A stretch of 64,000 nucleotides of DNA from an uncultured Chloroflexia bacterium (GCA_963806575.1 CAWDYX010000020.1:14816-78815), one strand, 5' to 3'. Counted from the first letter of the stretch, positions 28,799 through 39,177 are shown. Translations and numbers: made by a program. Notes: generated by a model from the letters alone, not told the origin.

Positions 28799-30907
28799 TT
28801 ATGGATTGCCAGTCAATCCATTGGCAATGTCAACCGCCTTGAGCTGAAAATAAGCGCTCATGACATCCCTCACAGTTGGCGCAACCACTCTACCGCCCTC
28901 ACCGGCATTGTACATGAAGGCCAAAATAACTATTTCCGGGTTGTCATAGGGGGCATATGCAACCGTCCAGCCATGGGCCGGCCAGTTTCCACGCGTGCAT
29001 TGGTTTTTTGCCATGGCAACATCATCACAGAATTCAGCCGTACCGGTTTTGCCGGCGATTGCGATGGGGTAATTCAGGAACGAAAAATCATGGTTGAGCG
29101 TACCGGCTGGATCGGTCGCGGCCAGGCGCAATCCCGCCTGAAGATTCTGGACCGCCTCTGTTGAAACGGTCTTCATCAGGCCTGTCGCTGTGCACTCCCC
29201 ATTTACACAATTGAAATCCTTGATGATCGGGTCTGTCGTGATGTCCCAGCGCAAACGCGGATTAAAAGGCTGGACGATATTCCCTGCGCTATCCACAATG
29301 TCGTGGATGATGGTCGGTTGCATCTGACGACCATTATTGGCAATCGTGGCGGCTGACATAAGCACCTGCAAGGGGGTTGCCACCACATAGCCCTGGCCTA
29401 CACTGGCGAGGTAAGTATCACCAGTTGACCAGTTTTCGCCCTGGTAGATCCGTTTCCAGGTTGGGTCAGGGATAAGGCCGGAGGCTTCTGCTGGAAGCTC
29501 GATGCCGGAAGGCTGGTTGTATCCCAAAGCCTGTGCATATTGCTGAAGACGCAGGATGCCCAACCCCTGGTCAACCTCACCAGGGTAGCCACCACCCACT
29601 TTATAAAAGCACACATCGCTGGAGCGGGCAATACACTCCAGGAAAGGTATCTTCCCAAGGCCGGCAGTCTGGCCGTAAAAAGTGTAGGTCCAGTCGTAAT
29701 AATATTCCATGGTGCCAGGGTCGGTGGGAGAGAACGTATCCTTCAGACCAATCATGGCTGGAGCATCGATGACCGTTTTGGGAGTAACAACACCCTCGTT
29801 CAAAGCACCCAAGGCGGTTGAAAGTTTGAAAGTGGAACCAGGCGCATATTCTGTTGAAATGGCATAATTGAGCAGGGGGTGTGCGGGGTCTTTCGCCAAC
29901 TGGTTGTAGTAGTATGAAGGGATGATTCGCGCCATCCGGTTATTCTCATACGTCGGATACTGCACCATCGCCAGGATCTCACCTGTCTTGGGATTCATGG
30001 CAATGACAACGCCGCTGGAAATACGATAATAGTGGTTGTAAACATCGTTCCAGTAATCGATGTCGCGTTTCAGGATCGATGCGGCTGCCTGTTGAAGTCG
30101 GGTATCGATCGTCAGAACGACATTATCCCCGGGGATCGGATCGACCGGTGGCTGCAAGTTGCGCAATTCCTGCCCGGCCACATCCACTTCCACGGTGCGT
30201 TGGCCCGGTTTCCCAATCAGGGTATCATTCAATGTTAATTCCACGCCGGCGTACCCAACCTTATCGCGATTGGGCAGAAAATTCTGGGCGCGGTATACCT
30301 TCTCCAGCGCTGCCGGGATGGGGCCTAAAAAGCCGACAATGTTCGCAGTCAACGATCCGGTCGGATAATCACGAACCGGTTGAATATCCACGCCCACGCC
30401 CGGCCAGTCCATTGCATGCTCCCGTACCATCATGGCTATTTTTTCTTCGACATTGCACTGGATTTTTACCGGCAAATATGGGGCATTGGAGAAACCCAAT
30501 TCAACGAACTGCAGGATGCCTGGACCAGGGATACAGGGGGCAAGCAATTTGGCATCCTCGACGGTTCCATGACTGACTGGAATGCCCGTCAAAGCGGAAA
30601 GGTCGCGGTAAATTCGTTGGACATCGCCATCATCATCCGGCAGGTAGGCGGGCGTGATGATGATGTTATACGAAGCAATGTTTCGCGCCAGGATAATCCC
30701 GTTCCGGTCATAGATGATCCCGCGTGACGGAGCAACGCTGATAATGTTCGTACGATTGCTGTCTGTTTCAAGGCTGTATTTTTTTCCATCCAGAATTTGC
30801 AGCTTGAACAAACGGCCTGCAAAGATGACTGCCACCGTACCAAGCAAAACATACACGATCAGGAATCGCCAGGTCTGGAAATGCACCGAACGCGGAGAAG
30901 TTGTCAT
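28799..30907 (-). CDS. mrdA: penicillin-binding protein 2 (elongasome transpeptidase)
   Basis: N-terminal TM helix, STFK active-site motif (PGSTFKLST) and KTGT (AGKTGTAEF). Located next to mreBCD. Confidence 0.9.
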   Translation of the reverse strand: MTTSPRSVHFQTWRFLIVYVLLGTVAVIFAGRLFKLQILDGKKYSLETDSNRTNIISVAPSRGIIYDRNGIILARNIASYNIIITPAYLPDDDGDVQRIYRDLSALTGIPVSHGTVEDAKLLAPCIPGPGILQFVELGFSNAPYLPVKIQCNVEEKIAMMVREHAMDWPGVGVDIQPVRDYPTGSLTANIVGFLGPIPAALEKVYRAQNFLPNRDKVGYAGVELTLNDTLIGKPGQRTVEVDVAGQELRNLQPPVDPIPGDNVVLTIDTRLQQAAASILKRDIDYWNDVYNHYYRISSGVVIAMNPKTGEILAMVQYPTYENNRMARIIPSYYYNQLAKDPAHPLLNYAISTEYAPGSTFKLSTALGALNEGVVTPKTVIDAPAMIGLKDTFSPTDPGTMEYYYDWTYTFYGQTAGLGKIPFLECIARSSDVCFYKVGGGYPGEVDQGLGILRLQQYAQALGYNQPSGIELPAEASGLIPDPTWKRIYQGENWSTGDTYLASVGQGYVVATPLQVLMSAATIANNGRQMQPTIIHDIVDSAGNIVQPFNPRLRWDITTDPIIKDFNCVNGECTATGLMKTVSTEAVQNLQAGLRLAATDPAGTLNHDFSFLNYPIAIAGKTGTAEFCDDVAMAKNQCTRGNWPAHGWTVAYAPYDNPEIVILAFMYNAGEGGRVVAPTVRDVMSAYFQLKAVDIANGLTGNP

Positions 30908-31410
30908 ACTGTTTCCTTCTCCGGATAGAGCCGGTTTGCCAGATCACGAATAAGAGCGTGAACGGGTATGGCGAGCAGCAGGTTCAGCAGAATGGTCGGC
31001 AGGAATATTTGAAGAAAAACTTCACTCAGGGAGAGTGGAACTTCAAAAAGTGTGCGGCGGAGGAACATGAGCATAAGCAACTCCAGCGTACCAATAAGTG
31101 TGACGGCAAACATCACCAGAAGCGGTGCCTGCCAGATGCGATGCGCCATTAAGCGTGCGACGCCGACCGCGGATAAATATCCGATAAGATAAATATACCA
31201 TGGGACACCCGAAACCAGCCCAACCAGCAGCCCGGCCGCAACTCCCCAGATCCAGGCGCCGCTGGCACGCTCGTGCAACCCCCAGGCCACCACCACAAGC
31301 AATACCAAATCGGCGTTACCGCTGAGCAGCATGATCCGGCTGGCTATGGATGTCTGGAGGATGACCGTCAATACCAAAACAGGAATTCCCGTCAGGATGG
31401 CGCGACGCAT
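30904..31410 (-). CDS. mreD: rod shape-determining protein MreD
   Basis: 168-aa polytopic protein between mreC and PBP2. Confidence 0.8.
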   Translation of the reverse strand: MRRAILTGIPVLVLTVILQTSIASRIMLLSGNADLVLLVVVAWGLHERASGAWIWGVAAGLLVGLVSGVPWYIYLIGYLSAVGVARLMAHRIWQAPLLVMFAVTLIGTLELLMLMFLRRTLFEVPLSLSEVFLQIFLPTILLNLLLAIPVHALIRDLANRLYPEKETV

Positions 31411-31411
31411 T

Positions 31412-32263
31412 TTACGGACCTGGTGTCCCGATCAGGGGCGTAATATCCACCGGCTTGAAGTTGGAAATGACAAGGATAAACTGCAGCTGGTTGTAATCCA
31501 CATTCGGCTGGATGGAAGCCTGCTGGAACAATTCGGATTGCAGTTTTCGGACGCTGACCACCTGTCCCACCAGCAAATTGGGCGGGTAGTTGCCACCCAA
31601 ACCGGAGGTCAGCACTACATCCCCAACCTGGACATTTGCATCTTGAGGAATCATATCCAGAGACAGATCGCCGGTAATCGAACCAACCAGCATTGCCTCG
31701 GTGTTGGAGGCCTGCATTCGGACGTTGATGGCCGAGGCAGCATCGGTCACCAGCTGGACGCGGGCTGCCTCCGCAATGACGGCATCCACACGTCCGACCA
31801 GGCCTTTATCGGTAACTACCGGCATCCCTGGCAAAATGCCCTCATTCGAGCCGATATTAATGATGACATAACGGAGGAATGGGCTTGGGTCCCGCCCGAT
31901 AACGGCGGCAGCCTTATAGGAATATTCGGGATTTGCGCGGGCAAAGTCCACCAGGGCGGAAAGGATGTTCGTCTCGGTAACCTGTTGTTGGAGGTCGATC
32001 ACCTGCGTTTGGAGTCGGGCCACATCCCCCTCCAATTGTGCATTGCGGTTCCGCAGGGAGGCCACATCCCGCGGCACTGTCAGAAAATCCACCAGTGTCA
32101 GATAACGGCCGGAAATCCAGGTCTGAGCGTTTACCGTTATGCGTGTGAACCAGTTGGTGACCGGATTGAAATAGCCGCCCAGGGCCAATGCCACCAGGCC
32201 AATTGCCACCAGGACGATCACAACTGTTTGCAGGGAACGTGGAAAACTGGATTTCATAGGCAA
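31412..32263 (-). CDS. mreC: rod shape-determining protein MreC
   Basis: N-terminal TM helix, a coiled-coil segment (LRNRNAQLEGDVARLQTQVIDLQQQ) and a beta-rich C-terminus (VVTDKGLVGRV...). Confidence 0.85.
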   Translation of the reverse strand: MPMKSSFPRSLQTVVIVLVAIGLVALALGGYFNPVTNWFTRITVNAQTWISGRYLTLVDFLTVPRDVASLRNRNAQLEGDVARLQTQVIDLQQQVTETNILSALVDFARANPEYSYKAAAVIGRDPSPFLRYVIINIGSNEGILPGMPVVTDKGLVGRVDAVIAEAARVQLVTDAASAINVRMQASNTEAMLVGSITGDLSLDMIPQDANVQVGDVVLTSGLGGNYPPNLLVGQVVSVRKLQSELFQQASIQPNVDYNQLQFILVISNFKPVDITPLIGTPGP

Positions 32264-32299
32264 CAGGCAAAACCGCGCCAGCGAGACGCGGCCACGCGG

Positions 32300-33367
32300 T
32301 TAGGAATGCCGCGTACTGCCGCGCTCGAGGCCAACTAAATAACGGCGGTAAGTGGAAAAATCGTCCAATACCATGCCGGTACCGCGCACCACGCAGGTCA
32401 GCGGATCTTCAGCGACCCAGGCGTGTAAATTCAATTCATCCGAGAGACGGTCGGCCAACCCCTGCAGCAACGACCCACCCCCTGCCAGGCAAATACCATT
32501 GTCCATCAGGTCGGCCACAATTTCGGGTGGGACTTCATCCAGGGCGTCTTTGATCGTGTCAACGATCACCCCGACTGATTGTGAAAGCGCCTCACGCACC
32601 TCAATGGAAGAAATCTCAATGGATTCAGGCAGGCCCGTTACCAGGTTACGTCCGCGCACCTCTACCGTCTTCTCGACCGGAAGAGGAAAAGCCGAACCAA
32701 TTTCCCATTTTACTTGCTCGGCAATACGTTCACCGATAAGCACATTATATTTATTTCGGACGTATTGGACGATATCCTGATCCATTTCATCGCCCGCCAC
32801 GCGCAGAGACCTGGAAATGACCACGCCACCCATGGACAAGACCGCCACTTCGGTCGTCCCTCCGCCGATATCCACGACCATCGAGCCGCGTATTTCGGAT
32901 ACTGGCAGACCGGCCCCCAGTGCCGCGGAAGTCGGTTCCTCGATAAGATAGGCCTCGCGTGCACCAGCGGACATGCATGCATCGTAAACAGCGCGCTTCT
33001 CAACCTCGGTCACACCGGATGGAATGCCAATTACCACACGCGGGCGCGGCAGTGGCACTACACTTTGCTCGTGTACTTTTCCGATGAAATATTCCAACAT
33101 GGCCTCTGTTATTTCAAATTCTGAGATGACACCATCTCGCACTGGACGCACCACGATAATGTTGCCTGAAGTCCGCCCGACCATTTCCTTGGCATCCAGA
33201 CCAATGGCCATTGGCTGGCGGGAACGCTTGTCTATGGCTACCCATGAAGGTTCATTTATTACGATACCCTTTCCCCGGACATGGACAAGTGTATTTGCAG
33301 TACCCAAATCGATACCAATATCCAGGGAAAAAAGGCCCAGAAGCCAATTGAGTGGGTTAAAAGCCAA
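32300..33367 (-). CDS. mreB: rod shape-determining actin homologue MreB
   Basis: IGIDLGTANTLV, EPSWVAI, VVDIGGGTTEVAV and LAGGGSLLQG motifs. Confidence 0.95.
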   Translation of the reverse strand: MAFNPLNWLLGLFSLDIGIDLGTANTLVHVRGKGIVINEPSWVAIDKRSRQPMAIGLDAKEMVGRTSGNIIVVRPVRDGVISEFEITEAMLEYFIGKVHEQSVVPLPRPRVVIGIPSGVTEVEKRAVYDACMSAGAREAYLIEEPTSAALGAGLPVSEIRGSMVVDIGGGTTEVAVLSMGGVVISRSLRVAGDEMDQDIVQYVRNKYNVLIGERIAEQVKWEIGSAFPLPVEKTVEVRGRNLVTGLPESIEISSIEVREALSQSVGVIVDTIKDALDEVPPEIVADLMDNGICLAGGGSLLQGLADRLSDELNLHAWVAEDPLTCVVRGTGMVLDDFSTYRRYLVGLERGSTRHS

Positions 33368-33490
33368 AGTGGGATGCTCCTACGTGGAATTTCCAGCTTT
33401 TTGATTATACCATGGGGCTTAAAATGACGATTTAAGGATGTTTTTAAGGTTTAAATGGACTAGAAGAAGGCGTTAAGCGAATATACGGCA

Positions 33491-36400
33491 CTATGCGATT
33501 CGTTTCAATGCCAGCATCGTCAGATCATCCGCAGCGGGGAGCGAGTCCATGAACTGGTTCACGGAAGCCTCAAGCGTGTCCAGCACCCCACGCGCCGGGG
33601 ATGTTTCTGCCATCTTCAACACCTCCATCAGGCGCGCCTCCCCGTAAGGTTCATCTTCAGGCGAGAAAGCTTCCGTCAGTCCGTCGGTATACAACAAAAG
33701 AAGATCGTCGAGACCGAGCGAGATGGTCCGTTCACCGATCGAAAAGTCCTCGATGATACCTAAAGCTGCTCCCGTCCGGCGCAAACTCTCGAGCGTCTTC
33801 CCCGCCTTGTTCATCCAAACGGGAGGATTATGCCCGGCATTGGCAAAAGTGAACGCCCCACTTTCCAATGAGAGAACGCCATATACCGCTGTCACGAACA
33901 TCTCCTGGCGATTATCCGGAATGATCAGGGCATTGACGCGGTGCAAGACCTCGGCCGGAGAGGCGGTATCATTAACAACGGCCCGTACCAGGGTGCGCGT
34001 AAGGGCCATGAACAGGGCAGCCGGCATGCCTTTATCGGAAACGTCAGCAATTAACAAACCCAGCTTTCCGCCCGGTAGTTCAATCACATCGTAAAAATCT
34101 CCGCCCACTTGCCGCGCGGTCAGCCAGGTGGCAGCCAGTTCCCAGCCAGGGAATTCAGGCAGGTGCTCTGGCAGGAAGGTTTTTTGGATCTGCCGGGCAA
34201 GCTCAACTTCATGTTCGAGGCGTTCGCGAACCACCATTTCGAGTTGAAGATGCTCGTTCTGAATGCTTAGTACCACCTGCTGGGCAATGCTGTTGACAAT
34301 CTCCACGCGTTTCAAGCGGAAGCGGCGTACATCCGCATCTTCTTCGACGAGCATGACACCATAAAAATCATTCCGGATTACCAGCGGGAAACCAATCAAT
34401 AAATGTTCCCCGGTCTGCAAGGTGTACATGGTTTCCTGCTCATTGCTTGCTAATGCCGGGGTCAGCCAGTCCACAGGGACGGAGGGCGCCAGCAGGCCGA
34501 CGGTCATCTTTGCCCCCTCTCGCACAGCATCCAACAGGGGGAAATCACCGGGGAGGAAGTCGCGTCCCAATATGCTTGGCTGAACATCCTCCGTCAATCC
34601 ATAGGCTTGGGCCGGATGAAAACAGCCTGCCTCCCAAAGGAAGATGGCACACGCCTTAACTCCGACCAGGATGGGTGTGATGCGGACAACACTCCCGATC
34701 ATCTCTTCCAAACTGTTCGAGTTGGCGACTGCCTGGGCCACCTGCAAGAGGGCTGCCGAGGCATAGGCTTGTTCCTGAGCTGCATCATACAGACGGACAT
34801 TCTCGATGGCGACAGATGCATAATTCCCAAAGGTGGAGGTGATGGCCTGGGCCTCGTGGCCATACCGACCCGGTGCATGATGTGTAAGAGTCAGTACGCC
34901 TAGGGGACGGTCACCCGCGCGCAGGGCCGTGGAAATGGAAGAATAATCAGCAGAGAAACCGCGCGCCGCGCCGGTTGGTCCGATCGGATCTTCCGGCTTG
35001 CGAATGACCGGTTGTTGAGAAGCCAGCGTGGAGACGAGATAGTCATACGATTCCGGCCAGTGATGAATTGCATCCTCCACATCCAACCTCTCGGCACCAT
35101 GAATGTGAGCCAGATAGAGCTCCTCGCCTTCCAACAGCCATACAGCCGCCACCTCACAAGGCAGATTGTGCTCCAATTCGTGCAGAACACTGTCCAGCAC
35201 ATCATCCAAGCCCACTTCAGCCGAGATGGATCCAGTCACTTCGCGCAGGCTGTCTGCAACCTGGCGTCTCCAGCGTTCGGTTTGGTACAGGTCGGCATTA
35301 TGGATGGCCGAAGCGACGCTGTCGGCCAGGGCTTCGCACAGGAAATGGTCTTCCTCGGTAAAGGCATCGATATGGTCGCTCTGCAGGTCCAGCACGCCTA
35401 CAACCCGGTTATCGAAGACCAGCGGGATGGTCATTTCAGAACGGGTATCTTCAGGGGAAAACGGAGAAGGCTGGTAACGCGGTTCCTTCGTTACGTCGTT
35501 GGTCAGGATGGCCTGCCCTGTGCGTGCCACCCAGGCAATGATGCCTGCATCATTATCCAGGTCAAGTACAGACCCTTTTAAGGAAGCGCTGCTGGCCCCA
35601 CTCCCGGCTTCGTATATGATCTGACGCCGGTTGGGATGTACGCTAAAGAGATGAACGTATGGGAAATCCAAACGCTCATGGATGAGAACAGCCACTTTAA
35701 TGAGCAACTCTTCCAGATCAAGAATGGAGGTTATGTCATTGCTGACTTCTGCCACCATTTCGAGATGTTCAGCACGCGTGCGCAACTCGTCATACAGGCG
35801 TACACTATTGATGGCTATGGCAATCGTATCGGCCAAAGCCCGAAAGACCAGCAGGTCATTCGGGTGGAATGCCCCCAGACGATCAGACTGCACATCCAAC
35901 ACCCCCAGGATCTGACCCTCAATTTTCAAAGGAAGGACGGCTTCAGACTGGGTCTCCGGCAGCAGATCGAGGAACCGGAAACGCGGCTCGGTATGAACAT
36001 CATTCGTGATGGCCTCCTCACCGGTCCGGGCGACTGATCCTATCAAACCATCCCCCAAACGGATTTTGAGTGGCTTGCCACGACCGCGCGCCTGCCCGGC
36101 GCTCGAACGGAAATTCAGGAATTCCTGGCCTTTCACATGGGTGAAGAGCGCCACATAATAGTAATTAAATGTGCGCTGGATAAGTTTGGTGATCCGCCTG
36201 GTTAATACGTCCAGGTCGAGTACATTGGCTATCTGGGCGTTAACCCGGCGGACAAGGGTCAACTGCTCAACCCGCCACTGGTCCACGGCGAAACGGTGCG
36301 CAGCCACCAGCGCAAGCGATACATGCCCGGCCAACCCTTCCAGAATTTCAATTTCCTTTTTTTGGAACGGCTTGGCAGGACGGCTCACCTGGAGCACGCC

Positions 36401-37135
36401 CATGCAGACATCCCCATTCTTTAGCGGGAACGCAAGCAGTCTCCTTTGCCCCTTTGCAGGATAGGCAATCCCCGTTTTATATGTCTCGAACATCGGCCCA
36501 TCAGGTGGTTGTAGTGGGAATAAAGGCGTCTGGTTCAGACCGGGAAGGCGAAACAGGTTTTCATCCAGCCACAGTTCTGCCTGGCCATTCAGGAGACGGG
36601 CAGCAGCCTCCAGAATGAGGTCACGCCGGGCGGCAAGGGATTCCTTCTGCATCAGCTCATCCCCCAACTGGATGATCTGCCGCCATGTCGTGTCGACCGG
36701 TTCGAATTGAGATTTCAGCTTGCCCGGTTTCAGGCGTTTTACCATCGTAAGAACATTGCCCGATTCCCCCAGCGATTCGAAGTGGACCTCATCCATAAGC
36801 TGCCTCATCAGGAAAACGCCCAGTCCGCCGATGGCTCGGTCATCAATATTTGCTTTCAGGTCCGGGGTACGGACTGTGAAGGGATCAAAAGGTTTTCCGT
36901 GGTCGCGCAATACGAGCGTCAGGCAGACGTCGTTGGATTCACAAGTGAGTTCAATCTCTCCCAGGCCTTCTCCCTGATAGGCATGTTCGATAATATTGGT
37001 ACATGCCTCATCAACAGCCAGTTCAACGGCATAGGTTTCGGAATCATCCATGCCGGCATCGCGGGCTGCCTGGGTGGCAAACCCGCGGATGGTATCCAAC
37101 TGGTCAAATCTGGCAGGAAAAATCGCCGTGCGCAT
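33491..37135 (-). CDS. multidomain sensor: RsbW/SpoIIAB-like serine kinase, multiple GAF domains and a PP2C (SpoIIE/RsbU-type) phosphatase
   Basis: The N-terminus has LAVDEACTNIIEHAY...LRDHGKPFDP (anti-sigma-type HATPase). About 800 aa of repeated GAF-like units follow. The C-terminus has GGDFYDV...IADVSDKGMPAAL...NAGHNPP...LYTDGLTEA. Confidence 0.85.
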   Translation of the reverse strand: MRTAIFPARFDQLDTIRGFATQAARDAGMDDSETYAVELAVDEACTNIIEHAYQGEGLGEIELTCESNDVCLTLVLRDHGKPFDPFTVRTPDLKANIDDRAIGGLGVFLMRQLMDEVHFESLGESGNVLTMVKRLKPGKLKSQFEPVDTTWRQIIQLGDELMQKESLAARRDLILEAAARLLNGQAELWLDENLFRLPGLNQTPLFPLQPPDGPMFETYKTGIAYPAKGQRRLLAFPLKNGDVCMGVLQVSRPAKPFQKKEIEILEGLAGHVSLALVAAHRFAVDQWRVEQLTLVRRVNAQIANVLDLDVLTRRITKLIQRTFNYYYVALFTHVKGQEFLNFRSSAGQARGRGKPLKIRLGDGLIGSVARTGEEAITNDVHTEPRFRFLDLLPETQSEAVLPLKIEGQILGVLDVQSDRLGAFHPNDLLVFRALADTIAIAINSVRLYDELRTRAEHLEMVAEVSNDITSILDLEELLIKVAVLIHERLDFPYVHLFSVHPNRRQIIYEAGSGASSASLKGSVLDLDNDAGIIAWVARTGQAILTNDVTKEPRYQPSPFSPEDTRSEMTIPLVFDNRVVGVLDLQSDHIDAFTEEDHFLCEALADSVASAIHNADLYQTERWRRQVADSLREVTGSISAEVGLDDVLDSVLHELEHNLPCEVAAVWLLEGEELYLAHIHGAERLDVEDAIHHWPESYDYLVSTLASQQPVIRKPEDPIGPTGAARGFSADYSSISTALRAGDRPLGVLTLTHHAPGRYGHEAQAITSTFGNYASVAIENVRLYDAAQEQAYASAALLQVAQAVANSNSLEEMIGSVVRITPILVGVKACAIFLWEAGCFHPAQAYGLTEDVQPSILGRDFLPGDFPLLDAVREGAKMTVGLLAPSVPVDWLTPALASNEQETMYTLQTGEHLLIGFPLVIRNDFYGVMLVEEDADVRRFRLKRVEIVNSIAQQVVLSIQNEHLQLEMVVRERLEHEVELARQIQKTFLPEHLPEFPGWELAATWLTARQVGGDFYDVIELPGGKLGLLIADVSDKGMPAALFMALTRTLVRAVVNDTASPAEVLHRVNALIIPDNRQEMFVTAVYGVLSLESGAFTFANAGHNPPVWMNKAGKTLESLRRTGAALGIIEDFSIGERTISLGLDDLLLLYTDGLTEAFSPEDEPYGEARLMEVLKMAETSPARGVLDTLEASVNQFMDSLPAADDLTMLALKRIA

Positions 37136-37145
37136 AGGAATAACG

Positions 37146-37177
37146 AGGCCGCCTCACAGCCCGAAAGTCGAGGCGGC
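37146..37177 (-). other. GC-rich intercistronic hairpin between the STAS gene and the sensor gene
   Basis: 9-bp perfect stem GGCCGCCTC / GAGGCGGCC, with no clear U-run. Confidence 0.4.
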
Positions 37178-37205
37178 CCGAACTTAGGATGGACATTCGG
37201 ACAGG

Positions 37206-37541
37206 TTAGAAACTACCAACCGCCGCGGTAACGTCGTCAAATATTCTAAAAAGTGGTGTAAAACCGGTCAATTCCAGGGCTTCCATGATTCTCTTGGGTA
37301 CTGCAGCCAGTATCATCTCGCCACGGTTATAGCGCTTGCAGTTCCGCTGCCCGATGAGCAAAGCCCGGAACCCGGCGCTGGACATATACTCCAATTCGCC
37401 CATATCAAAGACGATTTTGAACTGGCCGTCGTGGTTAAGCATCTCGATGGCCTTGGACAGGTCGGGGGCAGTGTAACTATCCACCTTGCCCTTTGCACTG
37501 AGCAAGTCACAATGTTTATAATGCCTCGTTGTGATTTCCAT
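37206..37541 (-). CDS. STAS-domain anti-sigma-factor antagonist (RsbV/SpoIIAA-like)
   Basis: 111 aa with a conserved phosphorylatable Ser context (LEYMSSAGFRALL) and a C-terminal ELTGF motif. Confidence 0.85.
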   Translation of the reverse strand: MEITTRHYKHCDLLSAKGKVDSYTAPDLSKAIEMLNHDGQFKIVFDMGELEYMSSAGFRALLIGQRNCKRYNRGEMILAAVPKRIMEALELTGFTPLFRIFDDVTAAVGSF

Positions 37542-37586
37542 TTGGCCTCCGTTCTGGTTGCTGGTCAGAAATTATATCACGAGAGA

Positions 37587-38912
37587 TTACAGGCCTGCTC
37601 CGAAGATTTCGCCGCCGAGTTTGTATCCGGCCGCTTCCAGGCGCGGCGTGAAGAGCGGTCGCATCTTGGTTGGGCGCAATAGGCCAGTGATTTTGCCTTC
37701 CGGCGTAACACCCGTCTGCTCAAACTTGAAGATATCTGTCAATGTGATCACATCACCTTCCATCCCGGATAGTTCGGTGATGTGGGTCATCCAGCGGGAA
37801 CCATCTGGAAAGCGTGCGAGATGAACAATCAGGTTTATGGCTGCGGCAATCTGCTTGCGGATGGCCAGAAGAGGCATGTCCAGCCCGGCCATCATCGACA
37901 TCGTTTCAAGGCGGGAGGTGCCATCGCGCGGTGAATTGGCATGCAGGGTGGTCAGTGACCCGGTATGTCCGGTGTTCATGGCTTGAAGCATATCCATTGC
38001 CTCGCCGCCGCGTACCTCGCCGACCACAATCCGGTCGGGGCGCATACGCAGGGCATTCCGGACCAGTTCGCGCACGCCAACAGCCCCAGTTCCATCCACA
38101 TTGGGAAGTTTCGTCTCCAAACGTACTACATGTTTCTGTTTGAGCTTCATTTCGACGGCATCCTCAATCGTCACGATCCGCTCATTATCAGGGATAAAGC
38201 CCGAAAGGGCATTCAGTACGGTGGTCTTGCCGGAACTCGTATTACCTGTCACCAGGATATTCAAACGCGTCACTACACAGGCTTCCAGAAATTTCGCCAT
38301 GTATGTGGTCATTGCGTTCATGGCGATCAGATCATCCATGGTCATCTTGGTCTGCAGAAACTTGCGGATGGTGACGTGTGGACCGTCCACGGCCACTGGC
38401 GGGATGACCACATTGACACGCGAGCCGTCTGGCAGGCGGGCATCGGCAGTTGGGTTGTCCGAGTCCACCCGGCGGCCCAGCGGGCTCACGATCCGGTCAA
38501 TGATGCGCAGGAGATGCTCATTATCGTCGAATTGAACGTCCGTCTCGAGCAATTCCCCGTTGCGTTCCACGAAAACATGCTTGGCACCATTTACCATGAT
38601 TTCACTGATCTCAGGATCAGGCAGGAGCAAATCAATGGGACCATAACCGATCAAATCAGACAGCGCGGAATTAATGATCCGGTCGCGCAGGTCGGGCTTG
38701 AGTCCCGCCTTGGTGTTTGTATACACCTCGAGCAGCAGGGTGCGCAATAAGTCCCGGTCGGGCGGTTTCAAAGTGGATTGAGGCTGCATTTCAGGTCTGA
38801 CCGCATCGATCAGGTATTCCTTCAGCTTCACCAGACGCGGGTCTGAAGTGATGAACGCACTGGCACGGTAGATCTCCGACATGGTTGCTTCCTTGGGCAT
38901 GACTCCTGCCAT
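37587..38912 (-). CDS. CpaF/TadA-type type II/IV secretion ATPase
   Basis: Walker A VTGNTSSGKTTVLNAL, Asp box, Walker B and His box (TGHTGSLTTLHANS). The true start may be ATG 38882 (MSEIY). Confidence 0.85.
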   Translation of the reverse strand: MAGVMPKEATMSEIYRASAFITSDPRLVKLKEYLIDAVRPEMQPQSTLKPPDRDLLRTLLLEVYTNTKAGLKPDLRDRIINSALSDLIGYGPIDLLLPDPEISEIMVNGAKHVFVERNGELLETDVQFDDNEHLLRIIDRIVSPLGRRVDSDNPTADARLPDGSRVNVVIPPVAVDGPHVTIRKFLQTKMTMDDLIAMNAMTTYMAKFLEACVVTRLNILVTGNTSSGKTTVLNALSGFIPDNERIVTIEDAVEMKLKQKHVVRLETKLPNVDGTGAVGVRELVRNALRMRPDRIVVGEVRGGEAMDMLQAMNTGHTGSLTTLHANSPRDGTSRLETMSMMAGLDMPLLAIRKQIAAAINLIVHLARFPDGSRWMTHITELSGMEGDVITLTDIFKFEQTGVTPEGKITGLLRPTKMRPLFTPRLEAAGYKLGGEIFGAGL

Positions 38913-39086
38913 CAGATGCCGGTGGGGCTTTGCAGGTTCTTTTCACTGGCAAACGCAGGATCCTTCACTGTAGTATAGCATAGAGGCAATCTTGATCGCA
39001 ATAAACTGACAAAAAACGTTTTTGTAAGGATAATATTTCTTCAGTACATACTGATAAGGGATAACCATGTAGAAATGATATAGTGC

Positions 39087-39177
39087 TGACATCCCCCGAT
39101 ACATCGGGAATCCTCACCGCCGTCCGGGTGGGTCCGGCGCGGCGGAACCCTGCGGATCCCGTCAGGTCCGAAAGGAA
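39087..39177 (+). repeat. truncated duplicate of the SRP RNA promoter and 5' half (left direct repeat)
   Basis: 91 nt align with 42224-42314 with 3 mismatches. The -35 and -10 elements are degraded (CTGACA / AATCCT), and the copy stops inside the conserved GGTCCGAAAGGAA apex. Confidence 0.85.

Noticed and set aside
28755-28860. TGA read-through (selenocysteine) extending the Cys-rich small ORF
   Set aside because: The downstream frame is short and overlaps the PBP2 3' end on the other strand. There is no obvious SECIS-like hairpin.
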